DNA of 64,000 nt from the NCBI RefSeq assembly GCF_009914755.1, contig NC_060942.1; one strand, given 5' to 3'. A model generated the notes under the pieces. That model did not search any database. It had not been told where the DNA came from and was given only the letters and a program-made list of their open reading frames with translations. Of the stretch, positions 11,703 through 24,274 are shown piece by piece. The DNA comes from the human T2T-CHM13v2.0 reference genome, Homo sapiens. A program made the translations under genes and the position numbers. Each line of letters starts with the position of its first letter. Position 1 is the first letter of the stretch.

Positions 11703-14700
11703 CATTCTCAGAAACTAGTTTCTGATGTGTGTCCTCAACTAACACAGTTGAACTTTTCTTTAGACAGAACAGTTTTGAAACACTCTTTTTGTGGAATCTG
11801 CAAGTGGATATTGGGCTAGATTTGAGGATTTCGTTGGAAACGGGATTACATATAAAAAGCAGTCAGCAGCATTCTCAGAAAGTTCTTTGTGATGATTGCA
11901 TTCAAGTCACAGAATTGAACATTCCCTTTCACAGAGCAGGTTTGAAACACTCTTTTTGTAGTGTGTGTAAGTGGACAATTGGAGCGCTTTCTGGCCTAAG
12001 GTGAACAAGGAAATATCTTCCCATAAAAACTAGACAGAAGCATTCTCAGAAACTTACTCGTGATGTGTGTCCTCAACTAAAGGAGTAGAACATTTCTATT
12101 CATAGAGAAGTTTTGAAACGCTCTTTTTGTGGAATCTCCAAGTGGATATTTGGCTAGTTTTGAGGATTTCGTTGGAAGCGGGAATTCATACAAATTGCAG
12201 ACTGCAGCGTTCTGAGAAACATCTTTGTGATGTTTGTATTCAGGACACAGAGATGAACATTCCCTATCATAGAGCAGGTTGGAATCACTCCTTTTGTAGT
12301 ATCTGGAAGTGGACATTTGGAGCGCTTTCAGGCCTATGTTGAAAAAGGAAATATCTTCCCATAACAACTAGACACAAGCATTCTCAGAAACTTGTTTGTG
12401 ATGTGTGCCCTCTACTGACAGAGTTGAACCTTTCTTTTCATAGAGCAGTTTTGAAACACTCTTTTTGTAGAATCTGCAAGAGGATATTTGCATAGCTTTG
12501 AGGATTTCGTGGGAAACGGGATTGTCTTCAGGTAAAATCTAGACAGAAGCATTCTCAGAAACTTCTTTGGGATGTTTGCATTCAAGTCACAGAGTAGAAC
12601 ATTCCCTTTGGTAGAGCAGGTTTGAAACCCTCTTTTTGTAGTATCTGGAAGTGGACATTTGGAGCGCTTTCAGGCCCATGTTGGAAAGGGAAATATCTTC
12701 CCGTAACAACTAGGCAGAAGCATTCTCAGAAACTTATTTGAGATGTGTGTACTCAACGAAGAGAATTGAACCACCGTTTTGAAGGAGCAGTTTTGAAACC
12801 CTCTTTTTCTGGAATCTGCAAGAGTATATTTGCCTAGCCTTGAGGATTTCGTTGGAAACGGGATTGTCTTCAGATAAAATCTAGACAGAAGCATTCTCAG
12901 AAACTTCTTTGGGATGTTTGCATTCAAGTCACAGAGTAGAACATTCCCTTTGGTAGAGCAGGTTTGAAACACTCTTTTTTTAGTATATGGAAGTGGACAT
13001 TTGGAGCACTTTCAGGCCTACGTTGGAAAAGGAAATATCTTCCCATAACAACTAGACAGAAGCATTCTCAGAAACTAGTTTCTGATGTGTGTCCTCAACT
13101 AACACAGTTGAACTTTTCTTTAGACAGAACAGTTTTGAAACACTCTTTTTGTGGAATCTGCAAGTGGATATTGGGCTAGATTTGAGGATTTCGTTGGAAA
13201 CGGGATTACATATAAAAAGCAGACAGCAGCATTCTCAGAAAGTTCTTTGTGATGATTGCATTCAAGTCACAGAATTGAACATTCCCTTTCACAGAGCAGG
13301 TTTGAAACACTCTTTTTGTAGTGTGTGTAAGTGGACATTTGGAGCGCTTTCCGGCCTAAGGTGAAAAAAGAAATATCTTCCCATAAAAACTAGACAGAAG
13401 CATTCTCAGAAACTTACTCGTGATGTGTTTCCTCAACTAAAGGAGTAGAACCTTTCTATTCATAGAGAAGTTTTGAAACGCTCTTTTTGTGGAATCTCCA
13501 AGTGGATATTTGGCTAGTTTTGAGGATTTCGTTGGAAGCGGGAATTCATACAAATTGCAGACTGCAGCGTTCTGAGAAACATCTTTGTGATGTTTGTATT
13601 CAGGACACAGAGATGAACATTCCCTATCATAGAGCAGGTTGGAATCACTCCTTTTGTAGTATGTGGAAGTGGACATTTGGAGCGCTTTCAGGCCTATGTT
13701 GAAAAAGGAAATATCTTACCATAACAACTAGACACAAGCATTCTCAGAAACTTGTTTGTGATGTGTGCCCTCTACTGACAGAGTTGAACCTTTCTTTTCA
13801 TAGAGCAGTTTTGAAACACTCTTTTTGTAGAATCCGCAAGAGGATATTTGCATAGCTTTGAGGATTTCGTGGGAAACGGGATTGTCTTCAGGTAAAATCT
13901 AGACAGAAGCATTCTCAGAAACTTCTTTGGGATGTTTGCATTCAAGTCACAGAGTAGAACATTCCCTTTGGTAGAGCAGGTTTGAAACACTCTTTTTGTA
14001 GTATCTGGAAGTGGACATTTGGAGCGCTTTCAGGCCCATGTTGGAAAGGGAAATATCTTCCCGTAACAACTAGGCAGAAGCATTCTCAGAAACTTATTTG
14101 AGATGTGTGTACTCAACGAAGAGAATTGAAGCACCGTTTTGAAGGAGCAGTTTTGAAACCCTCTTTTTCTGGAATCTGCAAGAGTATATTTGCCTAGCCT
14201 TGAGGATTTCGTTGGAAACGGGATTGTCTTCAGATCAAATCTAGACAGAAGCATTCTCAGAAACTTCTTTGGGATGTTTGCATTCAAGTCACAGAGTAGA
14301 ACATTCCCTTTGGTAGAGCAGGTTTGAAACACTCTTTTTTTAGTATATGGAAGTGGACATTTGGAGCGCTTTCAGGCCGACGTTGGAAAAGGAAATATCT
14401 TCCCATAACAACTAGACAGAAGCATTCTCAGAAACTAGTTTCTGATGTGTGTCCTCAACTAGCACAGTTGAACTTTTCTTTAGACAGAACAGTTTTGAAA
14501 CACTCTTTTTGTGGAATCTGCAAGTGGATATTGGGCTAGATTTGAGGATTTCGTTGGAAACGGGATTACATATAAAAAGCAGACAGCAGCATTCTCAGAA
14601 AGTTCTTTGTGATGATTGCATTCAAGTCACAGAATTGAACATTCCCTTTCACAGAGCAGGTTTGAAACACTCTTTTTGTAGTGTGTGTAAGTGGACATTT

Positions 14701-15781
14701 GGAGCGCTTTCCGGCCTAAGGTGAAAAAGGACATATCTTCCCATAAAAATTAGACAGAAGCATTCTCAGAAACTTAATCGTGATGTGTGTCCTCAACTAA
14801 AGGAGTAGAACCTTTCTATTCATAGAGAAGTTTTGAAACGCTCTTTTTGTGGAATCTCCAAGTGGATATTTGGCTAGTTTTGAGGATTTCGTTGGAAGCG
14901 GGAATTCACACAAATTGCAGACTGCAGCGTTCTGAGAAACATCTTTGTGATGTTTGTATTCAGGACACAGAGATGAACATTCCCTATCATAGAGCAGGTT
15001 GGAATCACTCCTTTTTAGTATCTGGAAGTGGACATTTGGAGCGCTTTCAGGGCTACGTTGAAAAAGGAAATATCTTCCCATAACAACTAGACACAAGCAT
15101 TCTCAGAAACTTGTTTGTGATGTGTGCCCTCTACTGACAGAGTTGAACCTTTCTTTTCATAGAGCAGTTTTGAAACACTCTTTTTGTAGAATCTGCAAGA
15201 GGATATTTGCATAGCTTTGAGGATTTCGTGGGAAACGGGATTATCTTCAGGTAAAATCTAGACAGAAGCATTCTCAGAAACTTCTTTGGGATGTTTGCAT
15301 TCAAGTCACAGAGTAGAACATTCCCTTTGGTAGAGCAGGTTTGAAACACTCTTTTTGTAGTATCTGGAAGTGGACATTTGGAGCGCTTTCAGGCCCATGT
15401 TGGAAAGGGAAATATCTTCCCGTAACAACTAGGCAGAAGCATTCTCAGAAACTTATTTGAGATGTGTGTACTCAACTAAGAGAATTGAACCACCGTTTTG
15501 AAGGAGCAGTTTTGAAACACTCTTTTTCTGGAATCTGCAAGAGTATATTTGCCTAGCCTTGAGGATTTCGTTGGAAACGGGATTGTCTTCAGATAAAATC
15601 TAGACAGAAGCATTCTCAGAAACTTCTTTGGGATGTTTGCATTCAAGTCACAGAGTAGAACATTCCCTTTGGTAGAGCAGGTTTGAAACACTCTTTTTTT
15701 AGTATATGGAAGTGGACATTTGGAGCGCTTTCAGGCCTACGTGGGAAAAGGAAATATCTTCCCATAACAACTAGACAGAAG

Positions 15782-17474
15782 CATTCTCAGAAACTAGTTT
15801 CTGATGTGTGTCCTCAACTAACACAGTTGTACATTTCTTTAGACAGAACAGTTTTGAAACACTCTTTTTGTGGAATCTGCAAGTGGATATTGGGGTAGAT
15901 TTGAGGATTTCGTTGGAAACGGGATTACATATAAAAAGCAGTCAGCAGCATTCTCAGAAAGTTCTTTGTGATGATTGCATTCAAGTCACAGAATTGAACA
16001 TTCCCTTTCACAGAGCAGGTTTGAAACACTCTTTTTGTAGTGTGTGTAAGTGGACATTTGGAGCGCTTTCCGGCCTAAGGTGAAAAAGGACATATCTTAC
16101 CATAAAAACCAGACAGAAGCATTCTCAGAAACTTACTCGTGATGTGTGTCCTCAACTAAAGGAGTAGAACCTTTCTATTCATAGAGAAGTTTTGAAACGC
16201 TCTTTTTGTGGAATCTCCAAGTGGATATTTGGCTAGTTTTGAGGATTTCGTTGGAAGCGGGAATTCATACAAATTGCAGACTGCAGCGTTCTGAGAAACA
16301 TCGTTGTGATGTTTGTATTCAGGACACAGAGTTGAACATTCCCTATCATAGAGCAGGTTTGAATCACTCCTTTTGTAGTATCTGGAAGTGGACATTTGGA
16401 GCGCTTTCAGGCCTATGTTGGAAAAGGAAATATCTTCCCATAACAACTAGACAGAAGCATTCTCAGAAACTTATTTGAGATGTGTGTACTCAACTAAGAG
16501 AATTGAACCACCGTTTTGAAGGAGCAGTTTTGAAACACTCTTTTTCTGGAATCTGCAAGTGGATATTTGGCTAGCTTTGGGGATTTCGCTGGAAGCGGGA
16601 ATACATATAAAAAGCACACAGCAGCGTTCTGAGAAACTGCTTTCTGATGTTTGCATTCAAGTCAAAAGTTGAACACTCCCTTTCATAGAGCAGTCTTGAA
16701 ACACCCCTTTTGTAGTATCTGGAACTGGACATTTGGAGCGCTTTCAGGGCTAAGGTGAAAAAGGAAATGTCTTCCCATAAAAACTGGACAGAAGCATTCT
16801 CAGAAACTTGTTTATGCTGCATCTACTCTACTAACAAAGTTGAACCTTTCTTTTGATAGAGCAGTTTTGAAATGCTCTTTTTGTGGAATCTGCAAGTGGA
16901 TATTTGGCTAGTTTTGAGGATTTCGTTGGAAGCTGGAATTCATACAAATTGCAGACTGCAGCGTTCTGAGAAACATCTTTGTGATGTTTGTATTCAGGAC
17001 ACAGAGTGGAACATTCCCTATCATAGAGCAGGTTGGAATCACTCCTTTTGCAGTATCTGGAAGTGGACATTTGGAGCGCTTTCAGGCCTATTTTGGAAAG
17101 GGAAATATCTTCCCGTAACAACTAGGCAGAAGCATTCTCAGAAACTTATTTGAGATGTGTGTACTCAACTAAGAGAATTGAACCACCGTTTTGAAGGAGC
17201 AGTTTTGAAACACTCTTTTTCTGGAATCTGCTAGAGGATATTTGCCTAGCTTTGAGGATTTCGTTGGAAACGGGATTGTCTTCAGATCAAATCCAGACAG
17301 AAGCATTCTCAGTAACTTCTTTGGGATGTTTGTATTCAAGTCACAGAGTAGAACATTCCCTTTGGTAGAGCAGGTTTGAAACACTCTTTTTTTAGTATAT
17401 GGAAGTGGACATTTGGAGCACTTTCAGGCCTACGTTGGAAAAGGAAATATCTTCCCATAACAACTAGACAGAAG
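15782..17474 (+). repeat. 10-mer HOR variant (1693 bp), A-B-E-F-G/D
   Basis: Landmark spacing 15683 to 17376 = 1693; E+F block at 16458-17132. Confidence 0.92.
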
Positions 17475-20400
17475 CATTCTCAGAAACTAGTTTCTGATGT
17501 GTGTCCTCATCTAACACAGTTGAACTTTTCTTTAGACAGAAGAGTTTTGAAACACTCTTTTTGTGGAATCTGCAAGTGGATATTTGGCTAGATTTGAGGA
17601 TGTCGTTGGAAACGGGATTACATATAAAAAGCAGTCAGCAGCATTCTCAGAAAGTTCTTTGTGATGATTGCATTCAAGTCACAGAATTGAACATTCCCTT
17701 TCACAGAGCAGGTTTGAAACACTCTTTTTGTAGTGTGTGTAAGTGGACATTTGGAGCGCTTTCTGGCCTAAGGTGAACAAGGAAATATCTTCCCATAAAA
17801 ACTAGACAGAAGCATTCTCAGAAACTTACTCGTGATGTGTGTCCTCAACTAAAGGAGTAGAACCTTTCTATTCATAGAGAAGTTTTGAAATGCTCTTTTT
17901 GTGGAATCTCCAAGTGGATATTTGGCTAGTTTTGAGGATTTCGTTGGAAGCAGGAATTCATACAAATTGCAGACTGCAGCGTTCTGAGAAACATCTTTGT
18001 GATGTTTGTATTCAGGACACAGAGATGAACATTCCCTATCATAGAGCAGGTTGGAATCACTCCTTTTGTAGTATCTGGAAGTGGACATTTGGAGCGCTTT
18101 CAGGCCTATGTTGAAAAAGGAAATATCTTCCCATAACAACTAGACACAAGCATTCTCAGAAACTTGTTTGTGATGTGTGCCCTCTACTGACAGAGTTGAA
18201 CGTTTCTGTTCATAGAGCAGTTTTGAAACACTCTTTTTGTAGAATCCGCAAGAGGATATTTGCATACCTTTGAGGATTTCGTGGGAAACGGGATTGTCTT
18301 CAGGTAAAATCTAGACAGAAGCATTCTCAGAAACTTCTTTGGGATGTTTGCATTCAAGTCACAGAGTAGAACATTCCCTTTGGTAGAGCAGGTTTGAAAC
18401 ACTCTTTTTGTAGTATCTGGAAGTGGACATTTGGAGCGCTTTCAGGCCCATGTTGGAAAGGGAAATATCTTCCCGTAACAACTAGGCAGAAGCATTCTCA
18501 GAAACTTATTTGAGATGTGTGGACTCAACTAAGAGAATTGAACCACCGTTTTGAAGGAGCAGTTTTGAAACACTCTTTTTCTGGAATCTGCAAGAGTATA
18601 TTTGCCTAGCCTTGAGGATTTCGTTGGAAACGGGATTGTCTTCAGATAAAATCTAGACAGAAGTATTCTCAGAAACTTCTTTGGGATGTTTGCATTCAAG
18701 TCACAGAGTAGAACATTCCCTTTGGTAGAGCAGGTTTGAAACACTCTTTTTTTAGTATATGGAAGTGGACATTTGGAGCGCTTTCAGGCCTACGTTGGAA
18801 AAGGAAATATCTTCCCATAACAACTAGACAGAAGCATTCTCAGAAACTAGTTTCTGATGTGTGTCCTCAACTAACACAGTTGAACTTTTCTTTAGACAGA
18901 ACAGTTTTGAAACACTCTTTTTGTGGAATCTGCAAGTGGATATTGGGCTAGATTTGAGGATTTCGTTGGAAACGGGATTACATATAAAAAGCAGACAGCA
19001 GCATTCTCAGAAAGTTCTTTGTGGTGATTGCATTCAAGTCACAGAATTGAACATTCCCTTTCACAGAGCAGGTTTGAAACACTCTTTTTGTAGTGTGTGT
19101 AAGTGGACATTTGGAGCGCTTTCCGGCCTAAGGTGAAAAAGGAAATATCTTCCCATAAAAACTAGACAGAAGCATTCTCAGAAACTTACTCGTGATGTGT
19201 GTCCTCAACTAAAGGAGTAGAACCTTTCTATTCATAGAGAAGTTTTGAAACGCTCTTTTTGTGGAATCTCCAAGTGGATATTTGGCTAGTTTTGAGGATT
19301 TCGTTGGAAGCGGGAATTCATACAAATTGCAGACTGCAGCGTTCTGAGAAACATCTTTGTGATGTTTGTATTCAGGACACAGAGATGAACATTCCCTATC
19401 ATAGAGCAGGTTGGAATCACTCCTTTTGTAGTATCTGGAAGTGGACATTTGGAGCGCTTTCAGGCCTATGTTGAAAAAGGAAATATCTTCCCATAACAAC
19501 TAGACACAAGCATTCTCAGAAACTTGTTTGTGATGTGTGCCCTCTACTGACAGAGTTGAACCTTTCTTTTCATAGAGCAGTTTTGAAACACTCTTGTTGT
19601 AGAATCCGCAAGAGGATATTTGCATAGCTTTGAGGATTTCGTGGGAAACGGGATTGTCTTCAGGTAAAATCTAGACAGAAGCATTCTCAGAAACTTCTTT
19701 GGGATGTTTGCATTCAAGTCACAGAGTAGAACATTCCCTTTGGTAGAGCAGGTTTGAAACACTCTTTTTGTAGTATCTGGAAGTGGACATTTGGAGCGCT
19801 TTCAGGCCCATGTTGGAAAGGGAAATATCTTCCCGTAACAACTAGGCAGAAGCATTCTCAGAAACTTATTTGAGATGTGTGTACTCAACTAAGAGAATTG
19901 AACCACCGTTTTGAAGGAGCAGTTTTGAAACACTCTTTTTCTGGAATCTGCAAGAGTATATTTGCCTAGCCTTGAGGATTTCGTTGGAAACGGGATTGTC
20001 TTCAGATAAAATCTAGACAGAAGCATTCTCAGAAACTTCTTTGGGATGTTTGCATTCAAGTCACAGAGTAGAACATTCCCTTTGGTAGAGCAGGTTTGAA
20101 ACACTCTTTTTTTAGTATATGGAAGTGGACATTTGGTGCGCTTTCAGGCCTACGTTGGAAAAGGAAATATCTTCCCATAACAACTAGACAGAAGCATTCT
20201 CAGAAACTAGTTTCTGATGTGTGTCCTCAACTAACACAGTTGAACTTTTCTTTAGACAGAACAGTTTTGAAACACTCTTTTTGTGGAATCTGCAAGTGGA
20301 TATTGGGCTAGATTTGAGGATTTCGTTGGAAACGGGATTACATATAAAAAGCAGACAGCAGCATTCTCAGAAAGTTCTTTGTGGTGATTGCATTCAAGTC

Positions 20401-23400
20401 ACAGAATTGAACATTCCCTTTCACAGAGCAGGTTTGAAACACTCTTTTTGTAGTGTGTGTAAGTGGACATTTGGAGCGCTTTCCGGCCTAAGGTGAAAAA
20501 GGAAATATCTTCCCATAAAAACTAGACAGAAGCATTCTCAGAAACTTACTCGTGATGTGTGTCCTCAACTAAAGGAGTAGAACCTTTCTATTCATAGAGA
20601 AGTTTTGAAACGCTCTTTTTGTGGAATCTCCAAGTGGATATTTGGCTAGTTTTGAGGATTTCGTTGGAAGCGGGAATTCATACAAATTGCAGACTGCAGC
20701 GTTCTGAGAAACATCTTTGTGATGTTTGTATTCAGGACACAGAGATGAACATTCCCTATCATAGAGCAGGTTGGAATCACTCCTTTTGTAGTATCTGGAA
20801 GTGGACATTTGGAGCGCTTTCAGGCCTATGTTGAAAAAGGAAATATCTTCCCATAACAACTAGACACAAGCATTCTCAGAAACTTGTTTGTGATGTGTGC
20901 CCTCTACTGACAGAGTTGAACCTTTCTTTTCATAGAGCAGTTTTGAAACACTCTTGTTGTAGAATCCGCAAGAGGATATTTGCATAGCTTTGAGGATTTC
21001 GTGGGAAACGGGATTGTCTTCAGGTAAAATCTAGACAGAAGCATTCTCAGAAACTTCTTTGGGATGTTTGCATTCAAGTCACAGAGTAGAACATTCCCTT
21101 TGGTAGAGCAGGTTTGAAACACTCTTTTTGTAGTATCTGGAAGTGGACATTTGGAGCGCTTTCAGGCCCATGTTGGAAAGGGAAATATCTTCCCGTAACA
21201 ACTAGGCAGAAGCATTCTCAGAAACTTATTTGAGATGTGTGTACTCAACTAAGAGAATTGAACCACCGTTTTGAAGGAGCAGTTTTGAAACACTCTTTTT
21301 CTGGAATCTGCAAGAGTATATTTGCCTAGCCTTGAGGATTTCGTTGGAAACGGGATTGTCTTCAGATAAAATCTAGACAGAAGCATTCTCAGAAACTTCT
21401 TTGGGATGTTTGCATTCAAGTCAAAGAGTAGAACATTCCCTTTGGTAGAGCAGGTTTGAAACACACTTTTTTTAGTATATGGAAGTGGACATTTGGAGCG
21501 CTTTCAGGCCTACTTTGGAAAAGGAAATATCTTCCCATAACAACTAGACAGAAGCATTCTCAGAAACTAGTTTCTGATGTGTGTCCTCAACTAACACAGT
21601 TGAACTTTTCTTTAGACAGAGCAGTTTTGAAACACTCTTTTTGTGGAATCTGCAAGTGGATATTGGGCTAGATTTGAGGATTTCGTTGGAAACGGGATTA
21701 CATATAAAAAGCAGACAGCAGCATTCTCAGAAAGTTCTTTGTGATGATTGCATTCAAGTCACAGAATTGAACATTCCCTTTCACAGAGCAGGTTTGAAAC
21801 ACTCTTTTTGTAGTGTGTGTAAGTGGACATTTGGAGCGCTTTCCAGCCTAAGGTGAAAAAGGAAATATCGTCCCATAAAAACTAGACAGAAGCATTCTCA
21901 GAAACTTACTCGTGATGTGTGTCCTCAACTAAAGGAGTAGAACCTTTCTATTCATAGAGAAGTTTTGAAACGCTCTTTTTGTGGAATCTCCAAGTGGATA
22001 TTTGGCTAGTTTTGAGGATTTCGTTGGAAGCGGGAATTCATACAAATTGCAGACTGCAGCGTTCTGAGAAACATCTTTGTGATGTTTGTATTCAAGACAC
22101 AGAGATGAACATTCCCTATCATAGAGCAGGTTGGAATCACTCCTTTTGTAGTATCTGGAAGTGGACATTTGGAGCGCTTTCAGGCCTATGTTGAAAAAGG
22201 AAATATCTTCCCATAACAACTAGACACAAGCATTCTCAGAAACTTGTTTGTGATGTGTGCCCTCTACTGACAGAGTTGAACCTTTCTTTTCATAGAGCAG
22301 TTTTGAAACACTCTTTTTGTAGAATCTGCAAGAGGATATTTTCATAGCTTTGAGGATTTCGTGGGAAACGGGATTGTCTTCAGGTAAAATCTAGACAGGA
22401 GCGTTCTCAGAAACTTCTTTGGGATGTTTGCATTCAAGTCACAGAGTAGAACATTCCCTTTGGTAGAGCAGGTTTGAAACACTCTTTTTGTAGTATCTGG
22501 AAGTGGACATTTGGAGCGCTTTCAGGCCCATGTTGGAAAGGGAAATATCTTCCCGTAACAACTAGGCAGAAGCATTCTCAGACACTTATTTGAGATGTGT
22601 GTACTCAACTAAGAGAATTGAACCACCGTTTTGAAGGAGCAGTTTTGAAACACTCTTTTTCTGGAATCTGCAAGAGTATATTTGCCTAGCCTTGAGGATT
22701 TCGTTGGAAACGGGATTGTCTTCAGATAAAATCTAGACAGAAGCATTCTCAGAAACTTCTTTGGGATGTTTGCATTCAAGTCACAGAGTAGAACATTCCC
22801 TTTGGTAGAGCAGGTTTGAAACACTCTTTTTTTAGTATATGGAAGTGGACATTTGGAGCGCTTTCAGGCCTACGTTGGAAAAGGAAATATCTTCCCATAA
22901 CAACTAGACAGAAGCATTCTCAGAAACTAGTTTCTGATGTGTGTCCTCAACTAACACAGTTGAACTTTTCTTTAGACAGGACAGTTTTGAAACACTCTTT
23001 TTGTGGAATCTGCAAGTGGATATTGGGCTAGATTTGAGGATTTCGTTGGAAACGGGATTACATATAAAAAGCAGACAGCAGCATTCTCAGAAAGTTCTTT
23101 GTGATGATTGCATTCAAGTCACAGAATTGAACATTCCCTTTCACAGAGCAGGTTTGAAACACTCTTTTTGTAGTGTGTGTAAGTGGACATTTGGAGCGCT
23201 TTCCGGCCTAAGGTGAAAAAGGACATATCTTCCCATAAAAATTAGACAGAAGCATTCTCAGAAACTTAATCGTGATGTGTGTCCTCAACTAAAGGAGTAG
23301 AACCTTTCTATTCATAGAGAAGTTTTGAAACGCTCTTTTTGTGGAATCTCCAAGTGGATATTTGGCTAGTTTTGAGGATTTCGTTGGAAGCGGGAATTCA

Positions 23401-24274
23401 TACAAATTGCAGACTGCAGCGTTCTGAGAAACATCTTTGTGATGTTTGTATTCAGGACACAGAGATGAACATTCCCTATCATAGAGCAGGTTGGAATCAC
23501 TCCTTTTGTAGTATCTGGAAGTGGACATTTGGAGCGCTTTCAGGGCTATGTGGAAAAACGAAATATCTTCCCATAACAACTAGACACAAGCATTCTCAGA
23601 AACTTGTTTGTGATGTGTGCCCTCTACTGACAGAGTTGAACCTTTCTTTTCATAGAGCAGTTTTGAAACACTCTTTTTGTAGAATCTGCAAGAGGATATT
23701 TGCATAGCTTTGAGGATTTCGTGGGAAACGGGATTGTCTTCAGGTAAAATCTAGACAGAAGCATTCTCAGAAACTTCTTTGGGATGTTTGCATTCAAGTC
23801 ACAGAGTAGAACATTCCCTTTGGTAGAGCAGGTTTGAAACACTCTTTTTGTAGTATCTGGAAGTGGACATTTGGAGCGCTTTCAGGCCCATGTTGGAAAG
23901 GGAAATATCTTCCCGTAACAACTAGGCAGAAGCATTCTCAGAAACTTATTTGAGATGTGTGTACTCAACTAAGAGAATTGAACCACCGTTTTGAAGGAGC
24001 AGTTTTGAAACACTCTTTTTCTGGAATCTGCAAGAGTATATTTGCCTAGCCTTGAGGATTTCGTTGGAAACGGGATTGTCTTCAGATAAAATCTAGACAG
24101 AAGCATTCTCAGAAACTTCTTTGGGATGTTTGCATTCAAGTCACAGAGTAGAACATTCCCTTTGGTAGAGCAGGTTTGAAACACTCTTTTTTTAGTATAT
24201 GGAAGTGGACATTTGGAGCGCTTTCAGGCCTACGTTGGAAAAGGAAATATCTTCCCATAACAACTAGACAGAAG

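Noticed and set aside
11660-15030. Singleton 1-bp deletions (~11670, ~15015; also ~36800, ~61623)
   Set aside because: They are unshared and lie in or beside homopolymer runs, so they cannot be told apart from sequencing error without reads.
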